From assembly GCF_009914755.1 (NCBI RefSeq), contig NC_060942.1: 64,000 nt of DNA. One strand, written 5' to 3'. Source of the DNA: the human T2T-CHM13v2.0 reference genome, Homo sapiens. Positions 51,540 to 64,000 of this stretch are shown here, one piece after another (positions within the stretch are counted from its first letter, which is position 1; each line of letters starts with the position of its first letter). A model generated the notes under the pieces. It ran no database searches, was not told the origin of the DNA, and saw nothing but the letters and a program-made list of their open reading frames with translations. Position numbers and translations under genes: made by a program.

Positions 51540-54500
51540 GATGTGTGTCCTCAACTAAAGGAGTAGAACTTTTCTTTTCATAGAGAAGTTTTGAAACACT
51601 CTTTTTGTGGAATCTGCAAGTGGATATTTGGCTAGTTTTGAGGATTTCGTTGGAAGCGGGAATTCATAAAAGTTGCAGACTGCAGCGTTCTGAGAAACAT
51701 CTTTGTGATGTTTGTATTCAGGACACAGAGTTGAACATTCCCTATCATAGAGCAGGTTTGAATCACTGCTTTTGTAGTATCTGGAAGTGGACATTTGGAG
51801 CGATTTCAGGCCTATGTTGAAAAAGGAAATATCTTCCCATAACAACTAGACAGAAGCATTCCCAGAAACTTATTTGAGATGTGTGTACTCAACTAAGAGA
51901 ATTGAACCACCGTTTTGAAGGAGCAGTTTTGAAACTCTCTTTTTCTGGAATCTGCAAGTGGATATTTGGCTAGCTTTGGGGATTTCGCTGGAAGCGGGAA
52001 TACATATAAAAAGCACACAGCAGCGTTCTGAGAAACTGCTTTCTGATGTTTGCATTCAAGTCAAAAGTTGAACACTCCCTTTCATAGAGCAGTCTTGAAA
52101 CACCCCTTTTGTAGTATCTGGAACTGAACATTTGGAGCGCTTTCAGGGCTAAGGTGAAAAAGGAAATATCGTCCCATAAAAACTGGACAGAAGCATTCTC
52201 AGAAACTTGTTTATGCTGTATCTACTCAACTAACAAAGTTGAACCTTTCTTTTGATAGAGCAGTTTTGAAATGCTCTTTTTGTGGAATCTGCAAGTGGAT
52301 ATGTGGCTAGTTTTGAGGATTTCGTTGGAAGCGGGAATTCATACAAATTGCAGACTGCAGCGTTCTGAGAAACATCTTTGTGATGTTTGTATTCAGGACA
52401 CAGAGTTGAACATTCCCTATCATAGAGCAGGTTGGGATCACTCCTTTTGTAGTATCTGGAAGTGGACATTTGGAGCGCTTTCAGGCCTATGTTGAAAAAG
52501 GAAAAATCTTCCCATAACAACTAGACAGAAGCATTCTCAGAAACTTGTTGGTGATGTGTTTCCTCTACTGACAGAGTTGAACCTTTCTTTTCATAGAGCA
52601 GTTTCGAAACACTCTTTTTGTAGAATCTGCAAGAGGATATTTGCATAGCTCTGAGGATTTCGTGGGAAACGGGATTGTCTTCAGGTAAAATCTAGACAGA
52701 AGCATTCTCAGAAACTTCTTCGGGATGTTTGCATTCAAGTCACAGAGTAGAACATTCCCTTTGGTAGAGCAGGTTTGAAACACTCTTTTTGTAGTATCTG
52801 GAAGTGGACATTTGTTGCGCTTTCAGGCCTATGTTGGAAACGGAAATATCTTCCCGTAACAACTAGGCAGAAGCATTCTCAGAAACTTATTTGAGATGTG
52901 TGTACTCAACTAAGAGAATTGAACCACCGTTTTGAAGGAGCAGTTTGGAAACACTCTTTTTCTGGAATCTGCAAGAGGATATTTGCCTAGCTTTGAGGAT
53001 TTCGTTGGAAAAGGGATTGTCTTCAGATCAAATCTAGACAGAAGCATTCTCAGAAACTTCTTTGGGATGTTTGCATTCAAGTCACAGAGTAGAACATTCC
53101 TTTGGTAGAGCAGGTTTGAAACACTCTTTTTTTAGTATATGGAAGTGGACATTTGGAGCGCTTTCAGGCCTACGTTGGAAAAGGAAATATCTTCCCATAA
53201 CAACTAGACAGAAGCATTCTCAGAAACTAGTTTCTGATGTGTGTCCTCAACTAACACAGTTGAACATTTCTTTAGACAGAACAGTTTTGAAACACTCTTT
53301 TTGTGGAATCTGCAAGTGGATATTTGGCTAGATTTGAGGATTTCGTTGGAAACGGGATTACATATAAAAAGCAGACAGCAGCATTCTCAGAAACTTCTTT
53401 GTGATGATTGCATTCAAGTCACAGAATTGAACATTCCCTTTCACAGAGCAGGTTTGAAACACTCTTTTTGTAGTGTGTGTAAGTGGACATTTGGAGCGCT
53501 TTCCGGCCTAAGGTGAACAAGGAAATATCTTCCCATAACAACTAGACAGAAGCATTCTCAGAAACTTACTCATGATGTGTGTCCTCAACTAAAGGAGTAG
53601 AACCTTTCTTTTCATAGAGAAGTTTTGAAACGCTCTTTTTGTGGAATCTGCAAGTGGATATTTGGCTAGTTTGGAGGATTTCGTTGGAAGCGGGAATTCA
53701 TACAAGATGCAGACTGCAGCGTTCTGAGAAACATCTTTGTGATGTTTGTATTCAGGACACAGAGTTGAACATTCCCTATCATAGAGCAGGTTTGAATCAC
53801 TCCTTTTGTAGTATCTGGAAGTGGACATTTGGAGCGCTTTCAGGCCTATGTTGGAAAAGGAAATATCTTCCCATAACAACTAGACAGAAGCATTCCCAGA
53901 AACTTATTTGAGATGTGTGTACTCAACTAAGAGAATTGAACCACCGTTTTGAAGGAGCAGTTTGAAAACACTCTTTTTCTGGAATCTGCAAGTGGATATT
54001 TGGCTAGCTTTGGGGATTTCGCTGGAAGCGGGAATACATATAAAAAGCACACAGCAGCGTTCTGAGAAACTGCTTTCTGATGTTTGCATTCAAGTCAAAA
54101 GTTGAACACTCCCTTTCATAGAGCAGTCTTGAAACACCCCTTTTGTAGTATCTGGAACTGGAAATTTGGAGCGCTTTCAGGGCTAAGGTGAAAAAGGAAA
54201 TATCTTCCCATAAAAACTGGACAGAAGCATTCTCAGAAACTTGTTTATGCTGTATCTACTCAACTAACTAAGTTGAACCTTTCTTTTGATAGAGCAGTTT
54301 TGAAATGCTCTTTTTGTGGAATCTGCAAGTGGATATTTGGCTAGTTTTGAGGATTTCGTTGGAAGCGGGAATTCATACAAATTGCAGACTGCAGCGTTCT
54401 GAGAAACATCTTTGTGATGTTTGTATTCAGGACACAGAGTTGAACATTCCCTATCATAGAGCAGGTTGGGATCACTCCTTTTGTAGTATCTGGAAGTGGA

Positions 54501-57500
54501 CATTTGGAGCGCTTTCAGGCCTATGTTGAAAAAGGAAAAATCTTCCCATAACAACTAGACAGAAGCATTCTCAGAAACTTGTTGGTGATGTGTTTCCTCT
54601 ACTGACAGAGTTGAACCTTTCTTTTCATAGAGCAGTTTCGAAACACTCTTTTTGTAGAATCTGCAAGAGGATATTTGCATAGCTCTGAGGATTTCGTGGG
54701 AAACGGGATTGTCTTCAGGTAAAATCTAGACAGAAGCATTCTCAGAAACTTCTTCGGGATGTTTGCATTCAAGTCACAGAGTAGAACATTCCCTTTGGTA
54801 GAGCAGGTTTGAAACACTCTTTTTGTAGTATCTGGAAGTGGACATTTGTTGCGCTTTCAGGCCTATGTTGGAAAGGGAAATATCTTCCCGTAACAACTAG
54901 GCAGAAGCATTCTCAGAAACTTATTTGAGATGTGTGTACTCAACTAAGAGAATTGAACCACCGTTTTGAAGGAGCAGTTTGGAAACACTCTTTTTCTGGA
55001 ATCTGCAAGAGGATATTTGCCTAGCTTTGAGGATTTCGTTGGAAAAGGGATTGTCTTCAGATCAAATCTAGACAGAAGCATTCTCAGAAACTTCTTTGGG
55101 ATGTTTGCATTCAAGTCACAGAGTAGAACATTCCTTTGGTAGAGCAGGTTTGAAACACTCTTTTTTTAGTATATGGAAGTGCACATTTGGAGCGCTTTCA
55201 GGCCTACGTTGGAAAAGGAAATATCTTCCCATAACAACTAGACAGAAGCTTTCTCAGAAACTAGTTTCTGATGTGTGTCCTCAACTAACACAGTTGAACA
55301 TTTCTTTAGACAGAACAGTTTTGAAACACTCTTTTTGTGGAATCTGCAAGTGGATATTTGGCTAGATTTGAGGATTTCGTTGGAAACGGGATTACATATA
55401 AAAAGCAGACAGCAGCATTCTCAGAAACTTCTTTTTGATGATTGCATTCAAGTCACAGAATTGAACATTCCCTTTCACAGAGCAGGTTTGAAACACTCTT
55501 TTTGTAGTGTGTGTAAGTGGACATTTGGAGCGCTTTCCGGCCTAAGGTGAACAAGGAAATATCTTCCCATAACAACTAGACAGAAGCATTCTCAGAAACT
55601 TACTCATGATGTGTGTCCTCAACTAAAGGAGTAGAACCTTTCTTTTCATAGAGAAGTTTTGAAACGCTCTTTTTGTGGAATCTGCAAGTGGATATTTGGC
55701 TAGTTTGGAGGATTTCGTTGGAAGCGGGAATTCATACAAGATGCAGACTGCAGCGTTCTGAGAAACATCTTTGTGATGTTTGTATTCAGGACACAGAGTT
55801 GAACATTCCCTATCATAGAGCAGGTTTGAATCACTCCTTTTGTAGTATCTGGAAGTGGACATTTGGAGCGCTTTCAGGCCTATGTTGGAAAAGGAAATAT
55901 CTTCCCATAACAACTAGACAGAAGCATTCCCAGAAACTTATTTGAGATGTGTGTACTCAACTAAGAGAATTGAACCACCGTTTTGAAGGAGCAGTTTGAA
56001 AACACTCTTTTTCTGGAATCTGCAAGTGGATATTTGGCTAGCTTTGGGGATTTCGCTGGAAGCGGGAATACATATAAAAAGCACACAGCAGCGTTCTGAG
56101 AAACTGCTTTCTGATGTTTGCATTCAAGTCAAAAGTTGAACACTCCCTTTCATAGAGCAGTCTTGAAACACCCCTTTTGTAGTATCTGGAACTGGAAATT
56201 TGGAGCGCTTTCAGGGCTAAGGTGAAAAAGGAAATATCTTCCCATAAAAACTGGACAGAAGCATTCTCAGAAACTTGTTTATGCTGTATCTACTCAACTA
56301 ACTAAGTTGAACCTTTCTTTTGATAGAGCAGTTTTGAAATGCTCTTTTTGTGGAATCTGCAAGTGGATATTTGGCTAGTTTTGAGGATTTCGTTGGAAGC
56401 GGGAATTCATACAAATTGCAGACTGCAGCGTTCTGAGAAACATCTTTGTGATGTTTGTATTCAGGACACAGAGTTGAACATTCCCTATCATAGAGCAGGT
56501 TGGGATCACTCCTTTTGTAGTATCTGGAAGTGGACATTTGGAGCGCTTTCAGGCCTATGTTGAAAAAGGAAAAATCTTCCCATAACAACTAGACAGAAGC
56601 ATTCTCAGAAACTTGTTGGTGATGTGTTTCCTCTACTGACAGAGTTGAACCTTTCTTTTCATAGAGCAGTTTCGAAACACTCTTTTTGTAGAATCTGCAA
56701 GAGGATATTTGCATAGCTCTGAGGATTTCGTGGGAAACGGGATTGTCTTCAGGTAAAATCTAGACAGAAGCATTCTCAGAAACTTCTTCGGGATGTTTGC
56801 ATTCAAGTCACAGAGTAGAACATTCCCTTTGGTAGAGCAGGTTTGAAACACTCTTTTTGTAGTATCTGGAAGTGGACATTTGTTGCGCTTTCAGGCCTAT
56901 GTTGGAAAGGGAAATATCTTCCCGTAACAACTAGGCAGAAGCATTCTCAGAAACTTATTTGAGATGTGTGTACTCAACTAAGAGAATTGAACCACCGTTT
57001 TGAAGGAGCAGTTTGGAAACACTCTTTTTCTGGAATCTGCAAGAGGATATTTGCCTAGCTTTGAGGATTTCGTTGGAAAAGGGATTGTCTTCAGATCAAA
57101 TCTAGACAGAAGCATTCTCAGAAACTTCTTTGGGATGTTTGCATTCAAGTCACAGAGTAGAACATTCCTTTGGTAGAGCAGGTTTGAAACACTCTTTTTT
57201 TAGTATATGGAAGTGCACATTTGGAGCGCTTTCAGGCCTACGTTGGAAAAGGAAATATCTTCCCATAACAACTAGACAGAAGCTTTCTCAGAAACTAGTT
57301 TCTGATGTGTGTCCTCAACTAACACAGTTGAACATTTCTTTAGACAGAACAGTTTTGAAACACTCTTTTTGTGGAATCTGCAAGTGGATATTTGGCTAGA
57401 TTTGAGGATTTCGTTGGAAACGGGATTACATATAAAAAGCAGACAGCAGCATTCTCAGAAACTTCTTTTTGATGATTGCATTCAAGTCACAGAATTGAAC

Positions 57501-57641
57501 ATTCCCTTTCACAGAGCAGGTTTGAAACACTCTTTTTGTAGTGTGTGTAAGTGGACATTTGGAGCGCTTTCCGGCCTAAGGTGAACAAGGAAATATCTTC
57601 CCATAAAAACTAGACAGAAGCATTCTCAGAAACTTACTCGT

Positions 57642-59334
57642 GATGTGTGTCCTCAACTAAAGGAGTAGAACCTTTCTTTTCATAGAGAAGTTTTGAAACG
57701 CTCTTTTTGTGGAATCTGCAAGTGGATATTTGGCTAGTTTGGAGGATTTCGCTGGAAGCGGGAATTCATACAAGATGCAGACTGCAGCGTTCTGAGAAAC
57801 ATCTTTGTGATGTTTGTATTCAGGACACAGAGTTGACCATTCCCTATCATAGAGCAGGTTTGAATCACTCCTTTTGTAGTATCTGGAAGTGGACATTTGG
57901 AGCGCTTTCAGGCCTATGTTGGAAAAGGAAATATCTTCCCATAACAACTAGACAGAAGCATTCCCAGAAACTTATTTGAGATGTGTGTACTCAACTAAGA
58001 GAATTGAACCACCGTTTTGAAGGAGCAGTTTGGAAACACTCTTTTTCTGGAATCTGCAAGTGGATATTTGGCTAGCTTTGGGGATTTCGCTGGAAGCGGG
58101 AATACATATAAAAAGCACACAGCAGCGTTCTGAGAAACTGCTTTCTGATGTTTGCATTCAAGTCAAAAGTTGAACACTCCCTTTCATAGAGCAGTCTTGA
58201 AACACCCCTTTTGTAGTATCTGGAACTGGACATTTGGAGCGCTTTCAGGGCTAAGGTGAAAAAGGAAATATCTTCCCATAAAAACTGGACAGAAGCATTC
58301 TCAGAAACTTGTTTATGCTGTATCTACTCAACTAACTAAGTTGAACCTTTCTTTTGATAGAGCAGTTTTGAAATGCTCTTTTTGTGGAATCTGCAAGTGG
58401 ATATTTGGCTAGTTTTGAGGATTTCGTTGGAAGCGGGAATTCATACAAATTGCAGACTGCAGCGTTCTGAGAAACATCTTTGTGATGTTTGTATTCAGGA
58501 CACAGAGTTGAACATTCCCTATCATAGAGCAGGTTGGGATCACTCCTTTTGTAGTATCTGGAAGTGGACATTTGGAGCGCTTTCAGGCCTATGTTGGAAA
58601 AGGAAAAATCTTCCCATAACAACTAGACAGAAGCATTCCCAGAAACTTATTTGAGATGTGTGTACTCAACTAAGAGAATTGAACCACCGTTTTGAAGGAG
58701 CAGTTTTGAAACACTTTTTTTCTGGAATCTGCAAGAGGATATTTGCCTAGCTTTGAGGATTTCGTTGGAAACGGGATTGTCTTCAGATCAAATCTAGACA
58801 GAAGCATTCTCAGAAACTTCTTTGGGATGTTTGCATTCAAGTCACGGAGTAGAACATTCCCTTTGGTAGAGCAGGTTTGAAACACTCTTTTTTTAGTATA
58901 TGGAAGTGGACATTTGGAGCGCTTTCAGGCCTACGTTGGAAAAGGAAATATCTTCCCATAACAACTAGACAGAAGCATTCTCAGAAACTAGTTTCTGATG
59001 TGTGTCCTCAACTAACACAGTTGAACATTTCTTTAGACAGAACAGTTTTGAAACATTCTTTTTGTGGAATCTGCAAGTGGATATTTGGCTAGATTTGAGG
59101 ATTTCGTTGGAAACGGGATTACATATAAAAAGCAGACAGCAGCATTCTCAGAAACTTGTTTGTGATGATTGCATTCAAGTCACAGAATTGAACATTCCCT
59201 TTCACAGAGCAGGTTTGAAACACTCTTTCTGTAGTGTGTGTAAGTGGACATTTGGAGCGCTTTCCGGCCTAAGGTGAACAAGGAAATATCTTCCCATAAA
59301 AACTATACAGAAGCATTCTCAGAAACTTACTCGT
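57642..59334 (+). repeat. 10-mer HOR structural variant, second copy
   Basis: Unit spacing is 1693. Shares GTCACGGAG, AAACTTGTTTG and AAACTATACAG with 49847-51539. Confidence 0.93.
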
Positions 59335-61027
59335 GATGTGTGTCCTCAACTAAAGGAGTAGAACTTTTCTTTTCATAGAGAAGTTTTGAAACGCTCTTTT
59401 TGTGGAATCTGCAAGTGGATATTTGGCTAGTTTTGAGGATTTCGTTGGAAGCGGGAATTCATAAAAGTTGCAGACTGCAGCGTTCTGAGAAACATCTTTG
59501 TGATGTTTGTATTCAGGACACAGAGTTGAACATTCCCTATCATAGAGCAGGTTTGAATCACTCCTTTTGTAGTATCTGGAAGTGGACATTTGGAGCGATT
59601 TCAGGCCTATGTTGAAAAAGGAAATATCTTCCCATAACAACTAGACAGAAGCATTCCCAGAAACTTATTTGAGATGTGTGTACTCAACTAAGAGAATTGA
59701 ACCACCGTTTTGAAGGAGCAGTTTTGAAACTCTCTTTTTCTGGAATCTGCAAGTGGATATTTGGCTAGCTTTGGGGATTTCGCTGGAAGCGGGAATACAT
59801 ATAAAAAGCACACAGCAGCGTTCTGAGAAACTGCTTTCTGATGTTTGCATTCAAGTCAAAAGTTGAACACTCCCTTTCATAGAGCAGTCTTGAAACACCC
59901 CTTTTGTAGTATCTGGAACTGGACATTTGGAGCGCTTTCAGGGCTAAGGTGAAAAAGGAAATATCTTCCCATAAAAACTGGACAGAAGCATTCTCAGAAA
60001 CTTGTTTATGCTGTATCTACTCAACTAACTAAGTTGAACCTTTCTTTTGATAGAGCAGTTTTGAAATGCTCTTTTTGTGGAATCTGCAAGTGGATATTTG
60101 GCTAGTTTTGAGGATTTCGTTGGAAGCGGGAATTCATACAAATTGCAGACTGCAGCGTTCTGAGAAACATCTTTGTGATGTTTGTATTCAGGACACAGAG
60201 TTGAACATTCCCTATCATAGAGCAGGTTGGGATCACTCCTTTTGTAGTATCTGGAAGTGGACATTTGGAGCGCTTTCAGGCCTATGTTGGAAAAGGAAAA
60301 ATCTTCCCATAACAACTAGACAGAAGCATTCCCAGAAACTTATTTGAGATGTGTGTACTCAACTAAGAGAATTGAACCACCGTTTTGAAGGAGCAGTTTT
60401 GAAACACTTTTTTTCTGGAATCTGCAAGAGGATATTTGCCTAGCTTTGAGGATTTCGTTGGAAACGGGATTGTCTTCAGATCAAATCTAGACAGAAGCAT
60501 TCTCAGAAACTTCTTTGGGATGTTTGCATTCAAGTCACGGAGTAGAACATTCCCTTTGGTAGAGCAGGTTTGAAACACTCTTTTTTTAGTATATGGAAGT
60601 GGACATTTGGAGCGCTTTCAGGCCTACGTTGGAAAAGGAAATATCTTCCCATAACAACTAGACAGAAGCATTCTCAGAAACTAGTTTCTGATGTGTGTCC
60701 TCAACTAACACAGTTGAACATTTCTTTAGACAGAACAGTTTTGAAACATTCTTTTTGTGGAATCTGCAAGTGGATATTTGGCTAGATTTGAGGATTTCGT
60801 TGGAAACGGGATTACATATAAAAAGCAGACAGCAGCATTCTCAGAAACTTGTTTGTGATGATTGCATTCAAGTCACAGAATTGAACATTCCCTTTCACAG
60901 AGCAGGTTTGAAACACTCTTTCTGTAGTGTGTGTAAGTGGACATTTGGAGCGCTTTCCGGCCTAAGGTGAACAAGGAAATATCTTCCCATAAAAACTATA
61001 CAGAAGCATTCTCAGAAACTTACTCGT
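59335..61027 (+). repeat. 10-mer HOR structural variant, third copy (tandem duplicate)
   Basis: Unit spacing is 1693. The second half matches unit 57642-59334 (AAACACTTTTTTTC, CTCTTTCTGTAG) and the first half matches the unit starting at 61028. Confidence 0.93.
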
Positions 61028-63062
61028 GATGTGTGTCCTCAACTAAAGGAGTAGAACTTTTCTTTTCATAGAGAAGTTTTGAAACGCTCTTTTTGTGGAA
61101 TCTGCAAGTGGATATTTGGCTAGTTTTGAGGATTTCGTTGGAAGCGGGAATTCATAAAAGTTGCAGACTGCAGCGTTCTGAGAAACATCTTTGTGATGTT
61201 TGTATTCAGGACACAGAGTTGAACATTCCCTATCATAGAGCAGGTTTGAATCACTCCTTTTGTAGTATCTGGAAGTGGACATTTGGAGCGATTTCAGGCC
61301 TATGTTGAAAAAGGAAATATCTTCCCATAACAACTAGACAGAAGCATTCCCAGAAACTTATTTGAGATGTGTGTACTCAACTAAGAGAATTGAACCACCG
61401 TTTTGAAGGAGCAGTTTTGAAACTCTCTTTTTCTGGAATCTGCAAGTGGATATTTGGCTAGCTTTGGGGATTTCGCTGGAAGCGGGAATACATATAAAAA
61501 GCACACAGCAGCGTTCTGAGAAACTGCTTTCTGATGTTTGCATTCAAGTCAAAAGTTGAACACTCCCTTTCATAGAGCAGTCTTGAAACACCCCTTTTGT
61601 AGTATCTGGAACTGAACATTTGGAGCGCTTTCAGGGCTAAGGTGAAAAAGGAAATATCGTCCCATAAAAACTGGACAGAAGCATTCTCAGAAACTTGTTT
61701 ATGCTGTATCTACTCAACTAACAAAGTTGAACCTTTCTTTTGATAGAGCAGTTTTGAAATGCTCTTTTTGTGGAATCTGCAAGTGGATATGTGGCTAGTT
61801 TTGAGGATTTCGTTGGAAGCGGGAATTCATACAAATTGCAGACTGCAGCGTTCTGAGAAACATCTTTGTGATGTTTGCATTCAGGACACAGAGTTGAACA
61901 TTCCCTATCATAGAGCAGGTTGGGATCACTCCTTTTGTAGTATCTGGAAGTGGACATTTGGAGCGCTTTCAGGCCTATGTTGAAAAAGGAAATATCTTCC
62001 CATAACAACTAGACAGAAGCATTCTCAGAAACTTGTTTGTGATGTGTGCCCTCTACTGACAGAGTTGAACCTTTCTTTTCATAGAGCAGTTTCGAAACAC
62101 TCTTTTTGTAGAATCTGCAAGAGGATATTTGCATAGCTCTGAGGATTTCGTGGGAAACGGGATTGTCTTCAGGTAAAATCTAGAAAGAAGCATTCTCAGA
62201 AACTTCTTTGGGATGTTTGCATTCAAGTCACAGAGTAGAACATTCCCTTTGGTAGAGCAGGTTTGAAACACTCTTTTTGTAGTATCTGGAAGTGGACATT
62301 TGTTGCGCTTTCAGGCCTATGTTGGAAAGGGAAATATCTTCCCGTAACAACTAGGCAGAAGCATTCTCAGAAACTTATTTGAGATGTGTGTACTCAACTA
62401 AGAGAATTGAACCACCGTTTTGAAGGAGCAGTTTGGAAACACTCTTTTTCTGGAATCTGCAAGAGGATATTTGCCTAGCTTTGAGGATTTCTTTGGAAAC
62501 GGGATTGTCTTCAGATCTAATCTAGACAGAAGCATTCTCAGAAACTTCTTTGGGATGTTTGCATTCAAGTCACAGAGTAGAACATTCCCTTTGGTAGAGC
62601 AGGTTTGAAACACTCTTTTTTTAGTATATGGAAGTGGACATTTGGAGCGCTTTCAGGCCTACGTTGGAAAAGGAAATATCTTCCCATAACAACTAGACAG
62701 AAGCATTCTCAGAAACTAGTTTCTGATGTGTGTCCTCAACTAACACAGTTGAACATTTCTTTAGACAGAACAGTTTTGAAACACTCATTTTGTGGAATCT
62801 GCAAGTGGATATTTGGCTAGATTTGAGGATTTCGTTGGAAACGGGATTACGTATAAAAAGCAGACAGCAGCATTCTCAGAAACTTCTTTGTGATGATTGC
62901 ATTCAAGTCACATAATTGAACATTCCCTTTCACAGAGTAGGTTTGAAACACTCTTTTTGTAGTGTGTGTAAGTGGACATTTGGAGCGCTTTCCGGCCTAA
63001 GGTGAACAAGGAAATATCTTCCCATAAAAACTAGACAAAAGCATTCTCAGAAACTTACTCGT

Positions 63063-64000
63063 GATGTGTGTCCTCAACTAAAGGAGTAGAACGTATCTTT
63101 TCATAGAGAAGTTTTGAAACGCTCTTTTTGTGGAATCTGCAAGTGGATATTTGGCTAGTTTTGAAGATTTCGTTGGAAGCGGTAATTCATACAAATTTCA
63201 GACTGCAGCGTTCTGAGAAACATCATTGTGATGTTTGTATTCAGGACACAGAGTTGAGCATTCCCTATCATAGAGCAGGTTTGAATCACTCCTTTTGTAG
63301 TATCTGGAAGTGGACATTTGCAGCGCTTTCAGGCCTATGTTGGAAAAGGAAATATCTTCCCATAACAACTAGACAGAAGCATTCTCAGAAACTTATTTGA
63401 GATGTGTGTACTCAACTAAGAGAATTGAACCACCGTTTTGAAGGAGCAGTTTTGAAACACTCTTTTTCTGGAATCTGCAAGTGGATATTTGGCTAGCTTT
63501 GGGGATTTCGCTGGAAGCGGGAATACATAAAAAATCACACAGCAGCGTTCTGAGAAATTGATTTCTGATGTTTGCATTCAAGTCAAAAATTGAACACTCC
63601 CTTTCATAGAGCAGTCTTGAAACACCCCTTGTGTAGTATCTGGAACTGGACATTTGGAGCGCTTTCAGGGCTAAGGTGAAAAAGGAAATATCTTCCCATA
63701 AAAACTGGACAGAAGCATTCTCAGAAATTTGTTTATGCTGTATGTACTCAACTAACAAAGTTGAACCTTTCTTTTGATAGAGCAGTTTTGAAATGCTCTT
63801 TTTGTGGAATCTGCAAGTGGATATTTGGCTAGGTTTGAGGATTTCGTTGGAAGCGGGAATTCATACAAATTGCAGACTGCAGCGTTCTGAGAAACATCTT
63901 TGTGATGTTTGTATTCAGGACACAGAGTTGAACATTCCCTATCATAGAGCAGGTTGGAATCACTCCTTTTGTAGTATCTGGAAGTGGACATTTGGAGCGC
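63063..64000 (+). repeat. Partial, visibly more diverged HOR unit (m1 to part of m6)
   Basis: Many private substitutions, a 1-bp deletion near 63530, and loss of the m1 CENP-B box and EcoRI site (GCGGTAATTC at ~63183). Confidence 0.88.

Larger units (their letters stand above)
1..64000 (+). repeat. Centromeric alpha-satellite HOR array, 12-mer (2034/2035 bp), dimeric SF2 type; most likely human chr18 D18Z1 (S2C18H1L)
   Basis: Tandem ~170 bp monomers with alphoid motifs (CAGAAGCATTCTCAGAAACT, TTTGAAACACTCTTTTTGT). The ORF track recurs every 2034/2035 bp, and every second monomer has a CENP-B box position. EcoRI sites at 121, 796 and 2155 give 675 and 1359 bp fragments, resembling the ~0.68/1.36 kb EcoRI fragments described for D18Z1. 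The alpha-satellite call is near certain; the chromosome assignment is less so (~0.8). Confidence 0.98.

Noticed and set aside
63393-63758. Longest ORF (121 aa, minus strand)
   Set aside because: It arises from a 1-bp deletion and substitutions in a diverged HOR copy, with no coding evidence.
16-63991. All ORFs in the six-frame track (61-121 aa)
   Set aside because: They recur with HOR periodicity on both strands, overlap one another, gain and lose stops freely between copies, and resemble no protein family I recognise. They are chance alpha-satellite frames.
1-64000. CRISPR-like or other repeat-spacer system (recurring CAGAAGCATTCTCAGAAACT)
   Set aside because: The intervening sequences are homologous monomer bodies rather than unique spacers, the period is ~170 bp, and there are no cas genes.
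1-64000. Transposon insertion, inversion or foreign island hidden in the array
   Set aside because: Every unit length is explained by whole-monomer gains or losses (2034/2035, 2376, 1359, 1693). All boxes are on the same strand, and I saw no poly-A tail, target-site duplication or non-alphoid sequence.

Overview
The whole 64 kb is one uninterrupted head-to-tail centromeric alpha-satellite higher-order repeat (HOR) array, built from 167-171 bp monomers that alternate between CENP-B-box and pJalpha/A-box types. The basic unit is a 12-monomer HOR of 2034/2035 bp with two EcoRI sites, giving 675 + 1359 bp fragments. This best fits the human chromosome 18 array D18Z1 (suprachromosomal family 2), an assignment made from recall rather than alignment. 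There are 32 complete HOR units plus a partial one: 26 12-mers, one 14-mer (2376 bp), two 8-mers (1359 bp) and three 10-mers (1693 bp). I found no genes, RNA genes, transposon insertions, inversions or CRISPR array, and all listed ORFs are repeat artefacts. I see no new gene-encoded system. The informative signal is the array's internal history: nested multi-HOR duplications, structural variants explained by internal HOR homology, haplotype-specific CENP-B box loss, a probable out-of-register conversion tract, clustered mutations and a sharp rise in divergence at the right end.
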